DNA from: a virus
IMG/VR virus record: IMGVR_UViG_3300025137_005002
Coordinates: 12,479 to 76,478 of that record
Length of the DNA: 64,000 nt
Strand: one strand, 5' to 3'
In this document: positions 10,361-20,132 of the stretch, in pieces
Layout of the letters: every line of letters begins with the position of its first letter
How positions within the stretch are numbered: the first letter of the stretch is position 1
Position numbers and translations under genes: made by a program
The notes under the pieces: model-generated
The model's database searches: none
Told to the model about the DNA's origin: nothing
Seen by the model: the letters and a program-made list of their open reading frames with translations, nothing else

Positions 10361-10698
10361 AATTAGATGTATTAGATATAGGCGGAGAGGTAGTTAAAGA
10401 CAATGACACCTACTTACTTAAAGACAATAAGACTTTAAAAAATCTTGTTGTTAGTAGTACAGATTTAAAACCCAATAGAAGTACTACGGGCCATGCACAC
10501 GTTGGACAAGAAGAAGTCTATTACTTTGTAAGTGGCTGGGGAACAATGGAACTTATTAGCACAAACGGAAAAGTAACAAGTCACGATGTTAAACCTGGTA
10601 CTGTAATTTTAATTGAAGATGGATTCTTTCATAGAGTTCATGCAGGTAGTGACGGTTGTTATTTTGTTTGTGTGTTTGATGGAAAGAGAAATCATTAG
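10357..10698 (+). CDS. Cupin domain protein
   Basis: GHAH..QEEVYYF..G.G and FHRV cupin motifs. Confidence 0.85.
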   Translation: MKLDVLDIGGEVVKDNDTYLLKDNKTLKNLVVSSTDLKPNRSTTGHAHVGQEEVYYFVSGWGTMELISTNGKVTSHDVKPGTVILIEDGFFHRVHAGSDGCYFVCVFDGKRNH

Positions 10699-10862
10699 TG
10701 AAATGGTTTGATTATTTAAGTATTTACTGGCACACCAAAGCATTACATTTTGGAATTAAACTTTGGATGTTTGGAGTATGGTATGGATTACCTATCGTAG
10801 TAGCCAGTTGGTGGACTTGGAGAGTATATGAAGAATGTAGAAGAAAGAGTTTATTAAGATGA
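10698..10862 (+). CDS. Small Trp-rich membrane peptide (54 aa)
   Basis: GTG overlaps upstream TAG, TGA overlaps downstream ATG. Confidence 0.5.
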   Translation: MKWFDYLSIYWHTKALHFGIKLWMFGVWYGLPIVVASWWTWRVYEECRRKSLLR

Positions 10863-11275
10863 AAGTAGGAATAACATTTAGTACATTTGATTTGTTACAC
10901 GCAGGACATATTGCTATGTTGCGTGATGCAAAGGAACAGTGTGATTACTTAATTGTTGGACTACAAAGTGATCCTACTATTGATAGACCAGATACAAAGA
11001 ACAAACCAATACAAACAATGTTTGAAAGATACTTACAATTAAAAGCAGTTGAGTATGTTAACGAAGTTATACCTTATCAAACAGAACAAGATTTAGAAGA
11101 CATTCTACGAACGTTAAATATCAATGTAAGGATACTTGGCGAAGAGTATAGAGATAAAGACTTTACAGGTAAAGACATTTGTAGATCCAGAGATATCGAA
11201 CTATACTTTAACAAACGAGATCATAGGTTTAGTACAACTGATCTTAGAAAGAGAGTTAGAAGTGAAGGAGTATAA
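10859..11275 (+). CDS. tagD: Glycerol-3-phosphate cytidylyltransferase-like (TagD family)
   Basis: TFDLLHAGH (HxGH), LIVGL, ER, RFSTT. Confidence 0.85.
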   Translation: MKVGITFSTFDLLHAGHIAMLRDAKEQCDYLIVGLQSDPTIDRPDTKNKPIQTMFERYLQLKAVEYVNEVIPYQTEQDLEDILRTLNINVRILGEEYRDKDFTGKDICRSRDIELYFNKRDHRFSTTDLRKRVRSEGV

Positions 11276-11468
11276 CGTAAAGATAAAAGTTGGAGACAGT
11301 ATTAGTGTAGGTCGCTTTCGTAACGTTAAAACTAAAATAAAAAGCATTGAACTCGATAAAGATAATCAACCTATTATAATTACTAGTAAGGGCAGTAGGA
11401 AGTTACTTAATTTTAAACTAGAATCAAAACCAACAAGTAGCAAGCCAGCAAAAATGCTCATGGAGTAA
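11262..11468 (+). CDS. Hypothetical protein (KOW/SH3-like)
   Basis: IKVGDSI.VGRF..; start reassigned to GTG 11262. Confidence 0.5.
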   Translation: MKEYNVKIKVGDSISVGRFRNVKTKIKSIELDKDNQPIIITSKGSRKLLNFKLESKPTSSKPAKMLME

Positions 11469-11470
11469 TT

Positions 11471-12556
11471 GTGTATAGCATACAAGACATTGATACAGTT
11501 CATTTAGAGATTACGCAGAAGTGCCAAGCCGCCTGTCCAATGTGCGACAGGAATATGAACGGTAAAGGACTTAACCCACATATTAATCTAGACGAACTTA
11601 CATTAGATGATTGTAAAAAGATATTCACAGTTGACTTTGTTAAACAACTAAAGTCAATGTATATGTGTGGTAACCTGGGAGACCCCATTGTTGCTACAGA
11701 CACACTTGAAGTATTTGAATACTTTAGACAACACAATCCAAACATATGGTTAAGCATGAACACTAACGCAGGTGCTAAGAAACCTGAGTGGTGGGCAAGG
11801 TTGGCAGAAGTGTTTGGTAAACACGGACACGTTATCTTCAGTGTAGATGGATTGAAAGACACTAACCATTTATACCGTCAAGGTGTAAGTTGGAAGATAG
11901 TTGAACAATCAATGAAGGCGTTTATTGATGCAGGTGGCAAAGCACGTTGGGACTTTCTTATTTTTGAACACAATCAACACCAAGTAGAAGAAGCCAAAGC
12001 AATGGCAGACTCTCTAGGGTTTGAAAGTTTTGTTAGTAAGAAGACTGGACGATTTGTAACTGCAACAACAGAGAAAAAAGAAAGCCACCAAGCCAAAGAC
12101 CGTAAAGGTAAAGACAGCACAGAACTTAAAAAGCCTGATGCTAAATATTTAAACAAAGCATTAAAACAACAAGACGAACTAGTCAACAAACACGGTAGTA
12201 TGGATGCCTATTACGATAGAGCATCAATCGTATGTAAAGTTTCGAACTCTACTACTAAAAGTTTATATATCAGTGCCGAAGGGCTGGCACTTCCTTGTTG
12301 TTGGACTGCTGGACGTATGTATAAATGGTGGCATAAAGATCCTAAGAAAGAAGAACCTGTTTGGGACTTTATTGAACGTGCTGGTGGCAAAGATAAAGTT
12401 GATGCTAGATACGGATTAGATAAAGTATTCAATACAGGTATTTTTGATGACATCGCTAACAGTTGGAGTAAGCCAAGTTGTGGCGATGGTAAACTTAAAG
12501 TATGTGCCATGAAGTGTGGATCTGAATTTGATCCATTCGCGGAGCAGTTTAAGTAA
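11471..12556 (+). CDS. Radical SAM protein with C-terminal twitch domain (type B)
   Basis: CQAACPMC, CGNLGDP, FSVDGL, HNQHQ, C..LPCC..CAMKC. Confidence 0.9.
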   Translation: MYSIQDIDTVHLEITQKCQAACPMCDRNMNGKGLNPHINLDELTLDDCKKIFTVDFVKQLKSMYMCGNLGDPIVATDTLEVFEYFRQHNPNIWLSMNTNAGAKKPEWWARLAEVFGKHGHVIFSVDGLKDTNHLYRQGVSWKIVEQSMKAFIDAGGKARWDFLIFEHNQHQVEEAKAMADSLGFESFVSKKTGRFVTATTEKKESHQAKDRKGKDSTELKKPDAKYLNKALKQQDELVNKHGSMDAYYDRASIVCKVSNSTTKSLYISAEGLALPCCWTAGRMYKWWHKDPKKEEPVWDFIERAGGKDKVDARYGLDKVFNTGIFDDIANSWSKPSCGDGKLKVCAMKCGSEFDPFAEQFK

Positions 12557-13713
12557 TGAAAAAATTTGTTTATGTAGAAGATATCAAACGTATTGAGTTT
12601 GGTATTACTAGTCTGTGTAATGCAGGTTGTCCAATGTGTGCAAGACATATTGATGGAACTAGTATTGTTAAACCAGACTTACCTCTACGAAGTATATCAA
12701 TTGATGACTTTATAAAGATTTCAGAAGACATAGGAGTACATACAAGAAAGGTTAACTGTAACCTTTGTGGTACAGTTGGTGATCCTATAGCACACCCACA
12801 GATAGAAAAGATACTTCACTATGGTGCAGAGAAATATAAAGTTGTTACACTTGATACAAATGGTAGTTTAAGAGATACAAAATTTTGGACTCGTCTAGGA
12901 GAAAAGCATCAACAGGTTATTAAAGACGGAGAAGGTAGACGGGGTATAGAAGTTAACTTTAGTATAGATGGTTTAGAAGATACTAATCAACTATATCGTA
13001 TTAATACAGACTACAATAAGATTATAGAGAACGCACAGGCATTTATTAACGCAGGTGGCAAGGCTATATGGAAGTTTATTATATTTGAACACAATGAACA
13101 TCAAGTTAGCGAAGCAAAGCAAAGAGCTGAAGACATGGGCTTTGCAGAATTCTCAACACTAGTAAGTAGCAGGTTTAGATTAAACACAGGCGAAGCAGTT
13201 AGTGTAGATAGTTATAAGAAGAAGGTGAATGCACCAAGTCGTGAGAAAGTAGAACAAACTCAAGACAAGCAATTCAACCTTAAAGCAAGTGATAAGTACA
13301 GTAACAAAGAAGTTACAGACTGGTATATCAAATTTGCTAAACCAGGCAATCAAGAGAAAGAACTAGCAGAAGCAACGTATGACATTAACTGTAAGAGTAT
13401 CGATAAAGGTTACTTGTACATAGACGAAGTTGCTAGACTCTGGCCTTGTTGTCACTTTCATGGTGGACTAACAGGACACACGTTTAGAAGGTTCTGGGCA
13501 GACATTGAAAAGCAGTATGGTAAAGACTTTAACAGTTTAAGAACAAGTACGTTACACCAACTATTAGATCACGATTACTTTAAAGAGTATTTGCCTAACA
13601 GTTGGGTCAATCCACAAGAATACAAACTTTGCAAAAAGTGTGTGCAAGTATGTGACAAGAGCAAAGGCATGAATAAAGATGCACAACAAAAGGCATATAC
13701 GGAATTAAGATGA
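12556..13713 (+). CDS. Radical SAM protein with C-terminal twitch domain (type B)
   Basis: CNAGCPMC, CGTVGDP, FSIDGL, HNEHQ, WPCC..CKKCVQVC. Confidence 0.9.
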   Translation: MKKFVYVEDIKRIEFGITSLCNAGCPMCARHIDGTSIVKPDLPLRSISIDDFIKISEDIGVHTRKVNCNLCGTVGDPIAHPQIEKILHYGAEKYKVVTLDTNGSLRDTKFWTRLGEKHQQVIKDGEGRRGIEVNFSIDGLEDTNQLYRINTDYNKIIENAQAFINAGGKAIWKFIIFEHNEHQVSEAKQRAEDMGFAEFSTLVSSRFRLNTGEAVSVDSYKKKVNAPSREKVEQTQDKQFNLKASDKYSNKEVTDWYIKFAKPGNQEKELAEATYDINCKSIDKGYLYIDEVARLWPCCHFHGGLTGHTFRRFWADIEKQYGKDFNSLRTSTLHQLLDHDYFKEYLPNSWVNPQEYKLCKKCVQVCDKSKGMNKDAQQKAYTELR

Positions 13714-15122
13714 AACATAAACTACCAAGTAAAACATTTTGTGCTCTACCATGGATGCATTTAAGCAGTAGACCTAACGGACATATGAGAGTATGTTGTA
13801 CAGCCAATGCAAGTGCAGTACAGGACGCAGACTCAGGTAAGAAGGTTGGAGGCGGTGAAGTAGGTGTACTAAAGAATGATGATGGTAAGCCTGCTAACTT
13901 TAACACTACAGGTTTAACTGATGCATGGAACAATAGTTATATGCGAAGTGTACGACTACAAATGCTTAAAGGTGAAAAGCCTGCAAGTTGTTTAAAGTGT
14001 TATAAAGAAGAAGAGGCTGGACACGCCAGTAAACGTATGTGGGAGACAGAGTACTGGGGAAACAGATTTAACTTAGAAGAGATAGTTGCAGAGACTACAG
14101 CCGATGGCAGTGTACCTCCTAAGATTCGTTATATAGATTTGCGTATGGGCAGTAAGTGTCAACTAGGTTGTGTTATGTGTAGTCCACATGATTCAAGTGG
14201 TTGGGTTAAAGATTGGAAGAAGATGTATCCTACACTAGAGAATGCTAAACTTAAAAACAGTATGCAGTGGGATCAAAAAGGACAAGTAGATGGTGCCACA
14301 TATAATTGGCATATGAAGAATCCAAAATTTTGGGAAGAGTTATATGAACAGATCCCACATATGTATCAGTTATACTTTGCAGGTGGAGAAAGTACTGTTA
14401 TTGAAGAACACTACACACTGTTAGAAGAAGTTGTTCGCAGAGGATATGCACCTAAGATTGAATTGCGTTACAATAGTAATGGAGTTGAAATGCCACAAAG
14501 ACTGTTTGACTTATGGGATAAGTTTAAACGTGTTCGCTTTCACTACAGTATAGATGCATACGGCAAACAAAATGATTATATTCGTTACCCAAGTGTATGG
14601 GAACATCAAGTGAAACAGTTTCATTTATTAGATAACACAGGACCTAATGTAGAAGTTACTACGGCTACAACTATACTAGCACTTAATATCTACTACATAC
14701 CCGAGTTTGTTAAATGGAAACTAACACAAAACTTTAAAAAAATTAATATGTGGCCCTTGGGAGCAGGTGGAATTAATATGCACTTTGCTTATTGGCCTCC
14801 TCAACTAAATGTTAAAGTGTTACCTCCTGAATTTAAAAAGGAAGTTACACGCAAATACACTGAAGACTTTATTCCTTGGTTAAAAGAGAACTGGAAACTA
14901 TGCACAGGAGTTGAACAAGCAGACGTAGACTATGACACTTGGTTAGCAAGTACATACGGAGTTAAACGTTTTGAGAACATTGTTAACTTTATGAACGCAG
15001 AAGACTGGAGTGAACGTTTACCAGAGATGAAAGAGTGGGTTGAAAAATTAGAAATGCACAGAGGACAGAACTTTGCAGAAGCATTTCCAGACATGACACA
15101 TATATTCGACAACGTAAAGTAG
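13710..15122 (+). CDS. Radical SAM protein with N-terminal twitch domain (type A)
   Basis: FCALPW..RVCC..CLKC; CQLGCVMC; AGGE. Confidence 0.9.
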   Translation: MKHKLPSKTFCALPWMHLSSRPNGHMRVCCTANASAVQDADSGKKVGGGEVGVLKNDDGKPANFNTTGLTDAWNNSYMRSVRLQMLKGEKPASCLKCYKEEEAGHASKRMWETEYWGNRFNLEEIVAETTADGSVPPKIRYIDLRMGSKCQLGCVMCSPHDSSGWVKDWKKMYPTLENAKLKNSMQWDQKGQVDGATYNWHMKNPKFWEELYEQIPHMYQLYFAGGESTVIEEHYTLLEEVVRRGYAPKIELRYNSNGVEMPQRLFDLWDKFKRVRFHYSIDAYGKQNDYIRYPSVWEHQVKQFHLLDNTGPNVEVTTATTILALNIYYIPEFVKWKLTQNFKKINMWPLGAGGINMHFAYWPPQLNVKVLPPEFKKEVTRKYTEDFIPWLKENWKLCTGVEQADVDYDTWLASTYGVKRFENIVNFMNAEDWSERLPEMKEWVEKLEMHRGQNFAEAFPDMTHIFDNVK

Positions 15123-15126
15123 TGCT

Positions 15127-16260
15127 ATGTCTTTATGTAACGCACCTTTTACCAATTTATACTACTCAAGCAATACAAAACAAGTTGCGTTCTGTTGTGA
15201 TATGGAACGACAACCTATAAAGACTAGTATTAACGACTGGTGGAACAGTGACTACAGTAAACAAATAAGACAAATGATGCTGGATAGAAAGTATCCTGTG
15301 GCTTGTAAAAGTTGTGCTCGAGCAGATAGCCTAGGACTTGAACCTCACAGTCGCAGTTTCGATAGTCAAACAATTCCCAAAGACATAACTAAACCAACTA
15401 GCATAGACTATAGACCAGATAACCTTTGTAATCTACAGTGTACAATGTGTAGTCCTGTAAGCAGTAACCTAGTAGAACAGTTATGGAGCAAGTATCCAGA
15501 CGTGTTTGGCGGAGTTACACCTGTGCCTAAAGACGAAGGTATGGATCAACAGTTAATGAACACACTGGATAAACAAACAGTGGCACTAAAAGTACTAGGT
15601 GGAGAACCTACTATTAACAAAAGAGTACACGAAGTATTCAAGTACTGTATTGATAATGGATACGCAGAGAACATCGACTTGCGTATGACTACTAACTTTA
15701 CTAACATGAACAGAACATACGAACTGTTAGAACAATTTAAGACAGTAAAGATAGGTGCTAGTTTAGATGCTACAGGCCCAACATACGAATATATAAGACA
15801 ACCTGCTAAATGGAACAGTGTAAAGAATCATATACTAGACTTTAGCAAAAGATACACAGGCAATAAAAAATTTAAATTAAGTGTTAACATGGTATGGCAA
15901 CCTACTAGTGCATTTACTGTAAAGACTTGGTTACCCGAACTGTTTGACTTATTCTACAATCAAGTAACAGTAAGAACTACACAGATAGATATACTACCTG
16001 TAAGTCCACATCATACTAACTGGGCAAGTGTACCCACACACTTGAGATCAAGTATAATCCAAGACTTGGATAGCGTCACTTGTACTAACAGTGAACAACT
16101 ACAGATTGTAAGAGATATGAAACAGATAGCCAGTAGTTATGAACCTTATAGTTTAAGTGAACAACAAAAGTTTAAACAATGGACACTGCAAATGGACAAG
16201 CACAAAAAAACAAACATACTAGAACTAGATCCTAGGTTTAAGGAACTGTTAGAATGCTAG
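15127..16260 (+). CDS. Radical SAM protein with N-terminal twitch domain (type A)
   Basis: LCNAPF..FCC..CKSC; CNLQCTMC; LGGEP. Confidence 0.9.
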   Translation: MSLCNAPFTNLYYSSNTKQVAFCCDMERQPIKTSINDWWNSDYSKQIRQMMLDRKYPVACKSCARADSLGLEPHSRSFDSQTIPKDITKPTSIDYRPDNLCNLQCTMCSPVSSNLVEQLWSKYPDVFGGVTPVPKDEGMDQQLMNTLDKQTVALKVLGGEPTINKRVHEVFKYCIDNGYAENIDLRMTTNFTNMNRTYELLEQFKTVKIGASLDATGPTYEYIRQPAKWNSVKNHILDFSKRYTGNKKFKLSVNMVWQPTSAFTVKTWLPELFDLFYNQVTVRTTQIDILPVSPHHTNWASVPTHLRSSIIQDLDSVTCTNSEQLQIVRDMKQIASSYEPYSLSEQQKFKQWTLQMDKHKKTNILELDPRFKELLEC

Positions 16261-16820
16261 TTAACTTTGGAGATGTATACACTGTTAAACTCAAACTTGA
16301 AGGTGAGAATCTAACACAATTCCTACAAGGTTTAATTACCAATGACATTAATAGTATTGACGGTGTATTAGAAACTTATATACTTACACCACAGGGTAAA
16401 ATAAAACATCAAATAACAATTGAAGACAAGGGCGACAGTTATACTGTACTATGCACAAACGACCAAAGTGATTTAAGTAAGTTTTTAACAATGTATGCAA
16501 ACCTAAGTGGTGTTACAGTAACTCCGTTGAGTACAGATGATGTATACTATGACCAACGTTACTTTGTTGAACTACTAGCCAAGGGTAAAATTGATACTAA
16601 CTTTCTAGTTCAACCTAGTTTATATCCAAATGAAGTAGATGACAGTCTTGTTAACTATACCAAAGGATGTTTTGTAGGACAGGAAGTAGTTGCTAGAATG
16701 AAACATCTACAAAAGAACAAGCGAACTGTACAAGTACACCTTACAGTTTGTGAACTAGTTAAAGGTGCAAAGGTGTTAACCACAGTAGACAACTACTGTA
16801 TAGTAAGACAGCCTTGTTAA
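16254..16820 (+). CDS. ygfZ: YgfZ/GcvT-family folate-binding Fe-S maturation protein (short)
   Basis: FLQGLITNDI, LTPQGK and the signature KGCFVGQEVVARM. Confidence 0.85.
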   Translation: MLVNFGDVYTVKLKLEGENLTQFLQGLITNDINSIDGVLETYILTPQGKIKHQITIEDKGDSYTVLCTNDQSDLSKFLTMYANLSGVTVTPLSTDDVYYDQRYFVELLAKGKIDTNFLVQPSLYPNEVDDSLVNYTKGCFVGQEVVARMKHLQKNKRTVQVHLTVCELVKGAKVLTTVDNYCIVRQPC

Positions 16821-16821
16821 T

Positions 16822-17067
16822 ATGTATTATAAATTGTATATGCCGAGCTTTGATGGAGCCACATGGTTCTATTACACAGATGTAGACAATCAAATAATGA
16901 CATTTGCTACACCCGAACAAGCATATGTATACAGTACTAACCTTACTCGTAAAGGTATGTGGGGAAGTAGAGCAGTGGTACACAACAACAAAGGTGAAGT
17001 TGTACCTTTTGGCCCAGGGGATACTGCTGGTCTGTCTGACGAAGACGTCGGTAAAGCCAATTTTTAG
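16822..17067 (+). CDS. Hypothetical protein
   Basis: ORF directly after ygfZ. Confidence 0.55.
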   Translation: MYYKLYMPSFDGATWFYYTDVDNQIMTFATPEQAYVYSTNLTRKGMWGSRAVVHNNKGEVVPFGPGDTAGLSDEDVGKANF

Positions 17068-17079
17068 GTAAGTATTAAT

Positions 17080-17247
17080 ATGCTTTCTAAATTATTTAAT
17101 GGGTTGCTTACACTACTGGCCCTGCCTATCTGTTGTTTAATAGCATTAATGGACACTGGTAACGGTATGAGCTATAAGCAAAACTTGAATCTTGTAATGG
17201 GACTTGGACAAAAAGGAAAATACAATGACGAGAACAACACAAATTGA
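17080..17247 (+). CDS. Small hypothetical membrane protein (55 aa)
   Basis: MLSKLFNGLLTLLALPICCLIALMD..; TAAGTA box 5 nt upstream of the ATG. Confidence 0.45.
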   Translation: MLSKLFNGLLTLLALPICCLIALMDTGNGMSYKQNLNLVMGLGQKGKYNDENNTN

Positions 17248-17407
17248 ATTGAAAGATGATGTATACACAGTTAATATGTATATCGACAACAAGTTAATTG
17301 AAGCAAGAAGTCTTCCTGGACACAGTAAGTGGTATGCTTACAGTTGTGCAGATAACTTTATCCTAGGGATCATATACCCTGAACAGTTAGAACTTGACTT
17401 CGGATAA
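17225..17407 (+). CDS. Hypothetical protein
   Basis: AAGGA RBS before ATG 17225. Confidence 0.55.
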   Translation: MTRTTQIELKDDVYTVNMYIDNKLIEARSLPGHSKWYAYSCADNFILGIIYPEQLELDFG

Positions 17408-17447
17408 ACTCTAGCAAAAACCCAAAAAAAATCTGTAGCAAAAATTT

Positions 17448-17609
17448 TTATTTGCCCTGGTATTTCTTACGACGAAGTTTTTGATTTTGTTTAGTACTAG
17501 TACAGTTAATTCCACATACCCGTTCAACATACTTTGTTAAAGGATTGTTCTTTTGATATGAAGTATATTCGCTAGACTGTTTCAAATTGCGTTTATTATG
17601 TAGCGCCAT
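17448..17609 (-). CDS. Small basic protein (53 aa)
   Basis: MALHNKRNLKQSS..CGINC..KLRRKKYQGK, read manually; follows 17621-17821. Confidence 0.5.
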   Translation of the reverse strand: MALHNKRNLKQSSEYTSYQKNNPLTKYVERVCGINCTSTKQNQKLRRKKYQGK

Positions 17610-17620
17610 TTGTTTAGTAC

Positions 17621-17821
17621 TTATGCTCTAGCCTTTGATTTAGACATCATATCCCAAAAGTTAATTTGACTTTGTTTGGAATACAGTTTATCCAAGTATA
17701 GTTTGTCTTTGCTTGACAGTGTTGATTGTGATTCTAAACGTTTAATCTCATATGCAGTTTCAATGGGCCACATTACATTGTGTAGTAGCATGACTCTACG
17801 TTGTTTAGGTGTTATGTTCAT
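17621..17821 (-). CDS. Hypothetical early protein
   Basis: AGGAG RBS and promoter directly upstream. Confidence 0.7.
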   Translation of the reverse strand: MNITPKQRRVMLLHNVMWPIETAYEIKRLESQSTLSSKDKLYLDKLYSKQSQINFWDMMSKSKARA

Positions 17822-17848
17822 AGTGTCTCCTGTAGTTAACTATAACTT

Positions 17849-17876
17849 ACTATAGCACATATACACTGTCTGTCAA
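17849..17876 (-). promoter_or_regulatory. Sigma70-like early promoter
   Basis: TTGACA-N16-TATAGT with TGC before the -10. Confidence 0.75.
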
Positions 17877-18117
17877 GCATTGAATACACTAGTAACGGTT
17901 GTTACTATAGTACAGGATTTAAAGGTGTGAAAAGGTGTTGCTAAAACCTCAAAAAAATTGACAGCCGATTTGATTGCGCCAGGGTAAGGAATCAAGGTGG
18001 GGCCAAAACGTAGCCCCCTGGGGTCAGATTTCAGAAAGTTTTTTTAGATTCAGAGTATATATGGATATAGTGTATACAGTTCGTATAACCCCCCTATTAG
18101 CTCTTACTGTGGGTATA

Positions 18118-18369
18118 CTATGCTTGTACTATATCAACTGCCCATTGATCCCAGGGCTCAGTCTCTGTTGCTTTAAGACAGTTCATGCTAGTAGTATAGT
18201 CTGAACTTAATACATTGTTCTCTAGTGTATCTGCTACTAGGTTCATGTCCTCCTCACTATTGGTATCTACCCATAGTGTACCATGTTCCCAATGCATACT
18301 AGGTGCAGTAAGGTCCTGTTCAATGAATGCAGTGTTAATTGCTTGTATGCTCTTAGTCTCTAGTCCCAT
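18118..18369 (-). CDS. Hypothetical early protein (acidic)
   Basis: AGGAGG RBS and promoter upstream. Confidence 0.75.
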   Translation of the reverse strand: MGLETKSIQAINTAFIEQDLTAPSMHWEHGTLWVDTNSEEDMNLVADTLENNVLSSDYTTSMNCLKATETEPWDQWAVDIVQA

Positions 18370-18400
18370 GTAAGCCTCCTATTAATTAACTTATACATAT

Positions 18401-18428
18401 ATAATAGCACACATACACACTTTGTCAA
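18401..18428 (-). promoter_or_regulatory. Sigma70-like early promoter
   Basis: GGTTGACA-N16-TATTAT. Confidence 0.75.
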
Positions 18429-18434
18429 CCGAAA

Positions 18435-18440
18435 TAAATA
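18435..18440 (+). promoter_or_regulatory. T4-late-like TAAATA promoter box
   Basis: ATAAATA 4 nt upstream of ATG 18445. Confidence 0.55.
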
Positions 18441-18444
18441 CTAT

Positions 18445-18663
18445 ATGTACTGGAAAAACATTAAACAAGGGTTAATTAAAGCGGCGATTATACTAGTACC
18501 TACCTATATTACTGCTTATCTAACTGATAAAATGATATATGTTGTGCCCATGTTGGCGGCTAGTGGCTTTATTGCCGCGGCTTTGTTCAATGATACAGTG
18601 GAAAAACGTGTAGATGATGACTCTGGTTACAAAGAACTAGAGGGAGATGTGGATGCTGAATAG
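18445..18663 (+). CDS. Small two-TM membrane protein
   Basis: Two hydrophobic helices, acidic tail. Confidence 0.7.
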   Translation: MYWKNIKQGLIKAAIILVPTYITAYLTDKMIYVVPMLAASGFIAAALFNDTVEKRVDDDSGYKELEGDVDAE

Positions 18664-18694
18664 TATCCTAGACTTCTCATTATATAATATACAT

Positions 18695-18723
18695 ATTATA
18701 ACAGGTTTTTATCACTTTGTCAA
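18695..18723 (-). promoter_or_regulatory. Sigma70-like promoter
   Basis: GGTTGACA-N17-TATAAT, perfect consensus hexamers. Confidence 0.7.
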
Positions 18724-18757
18724 CCGGTTTTTTGCCAATAATATCAACAGTAATAGG

Positions 18758-18785
18758 TTGACAAATCACCTAATCAGTGTATAAT
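18758..18785 (+). promoter_or_regulatory. Sigma70-like promoter for the 18810 rSAM gene
   Basis: GGTTGACA-N16-TATAAT. Confidence 0.75.
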
Positions 18786-18809
18786 AACAATAAGCACCCG
18801 AGTGACTAT

Positions 18810-20132
18810 ATGAAACCGAATACAAAAAGCTCTACATTCTGCGTATTACCGTGGATTCATTCGCATACATCTGCTAATGGAACCTTCAAACCCTGTTGTA
18901 ATGCCATGGGTAATGATCAACCTGTGCATACCAGCAACCCTTTAGACAAGAGTACATGGTATAAGTTCGACGCTAGTGACACAAACAAAGCCAGAGCCGC
19001 GGATAGTGTAAGCATAAGACGTAATGGTTATACATTAAGTGAATGGTTTGTAAGTCCTTATATGAATACACTGCGTGATGACTTGAATAACGGTGTGAAG
19101 AATCCCATGTGTGGACGTTGTTGGAGAGATGAAGCAAGGAGTGGCAGTAGCATACGTTCAAGAATGAACAGTAAGTACCAAGACTTGTTACCAGAAGAAC
19201 CCGGCATAGTATACTTGGACCTTAAGTTAACCAATCAATGTAACCTCAAGTGTCGTATGTGTGGCCCTAGTGACAGTAACCTTATAGGCAGTGACATAGT
19301 ACAACTAGAACAACTGGGTCTACCTGTACCTATTAACTACAGTAATGCCTTCGGCCCTAGGAGAAGAGCTCAAGTTACGGACAAGTATATAAGTGGATTA
19401 CCACACAGTACCAATGAAGACATTAAGCAACTAGTAAAACAAATTAAAGTAATGAAAATAACCGGCGGTGAACCTACACTACAGCCGGAAGTATTGAGAC
19501 TATTAGACTATGCTATAGACAATGGCTATGCTGATAACATTGAATTACAAATAACAACTAATGCTACCAAGTTCACTCCCACATTTTTAGATCATATTGA
19601 ACAGTTTAAACACGTGAGCTTTAATATAAGTGTAGATGGTTACGGTAAGACATACGATTATATACGGTATCCCTTTACATGGGACAAGTTTGAGGAACGT
19701 ATAGAGATGTTAGAGCACCGTTATGGAGCGAAGAATGAGCGAGTAGTATGGAAGTATACTTGTGTACCGCAGATGTTTAACATAGAGAACCTTTATAAAC
19801 TACAAACAAGGGTAGGCAAGTATGATCTATATATGAATAACGTGCTACACCCTGATGGTATATACAATAGTTTAGACATAGTCCCACTTAACATACTGGA
19901 GAGAAGTGTTAAATCAATTAAATTGGTAGAAGGTTCAAGTGAGATACTAGTAAACTATTTAAAAAGATTAATTACAGATAAAAAGAAATATGGTGAAGTA
20001 TCACTAGAGCGATTAAAAGACATGGTGTTAAGTGTACAAGGAGTAGATACCTTACGCAAACAACACTATAAAGACTATTTAGAGCCCCGTACGGTGGACT
20101 TTATAAGTGAATCGGCCCGTAAGACTATTTAA
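18810..20132 (+). CDS. Radical SAM protein with N-terminal twitch domain (type A)
   Basis: FCVLPW..KPCC..CGRC; CNLKCRMC; TGGEP; start moved downstream of promoter. Confidence 0.9.
   Translation: MKPNTKSSTFCVLPWIHSHTSANGTFKPCCNAMGNDQPVHTSNPLDKSTWYKFDASDTNKARAADSVSIRRNGYTLSEWFVSPYMNTLRDDLNNGVKNPMCGRCWRDEARSGSSIRSRMNSKYQDLLPEEPGIVYLDLKLTNQCNLKCRMCGPSDSNLIGSDIVQLEQLGLPVPINYSNAFGPRRRAQVTDKYISGLPHSTNEDIKQLVKQIKVMKITGGEPTLQPEVLRLLDYAIDNGYADNIELQITTNATKFTPTFLDHIEQFKHVSFNISVDGYGKTYDYIRYPFTWDKFEERIEMLEHRYGAKNERVVWKYTCVPQMFNIENLYKLQTRVGKYDLYMNNVLHPDGIYNSLDIVPLNILERSVKSIKLVEGSSEILVNYLKRLITDKKKYGEVSLERLKDMVLSVQGVDTLRKQHYKDYLEPRTVDFISESARKTI

Noticed and set aside
10698-10862. Trp-rich 54-aa peptide as a radical SAM precursor
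   Set aside because: Reads as a hydrophobic membrane peptide with a basic tail; no leader/core structure and no paralogs.
17974-18204. 76-aa + strand ORF across the GC-rich patch
   Set aside because: TTG start, atypical composition, and overlaps a better-supported minus-strand gene.
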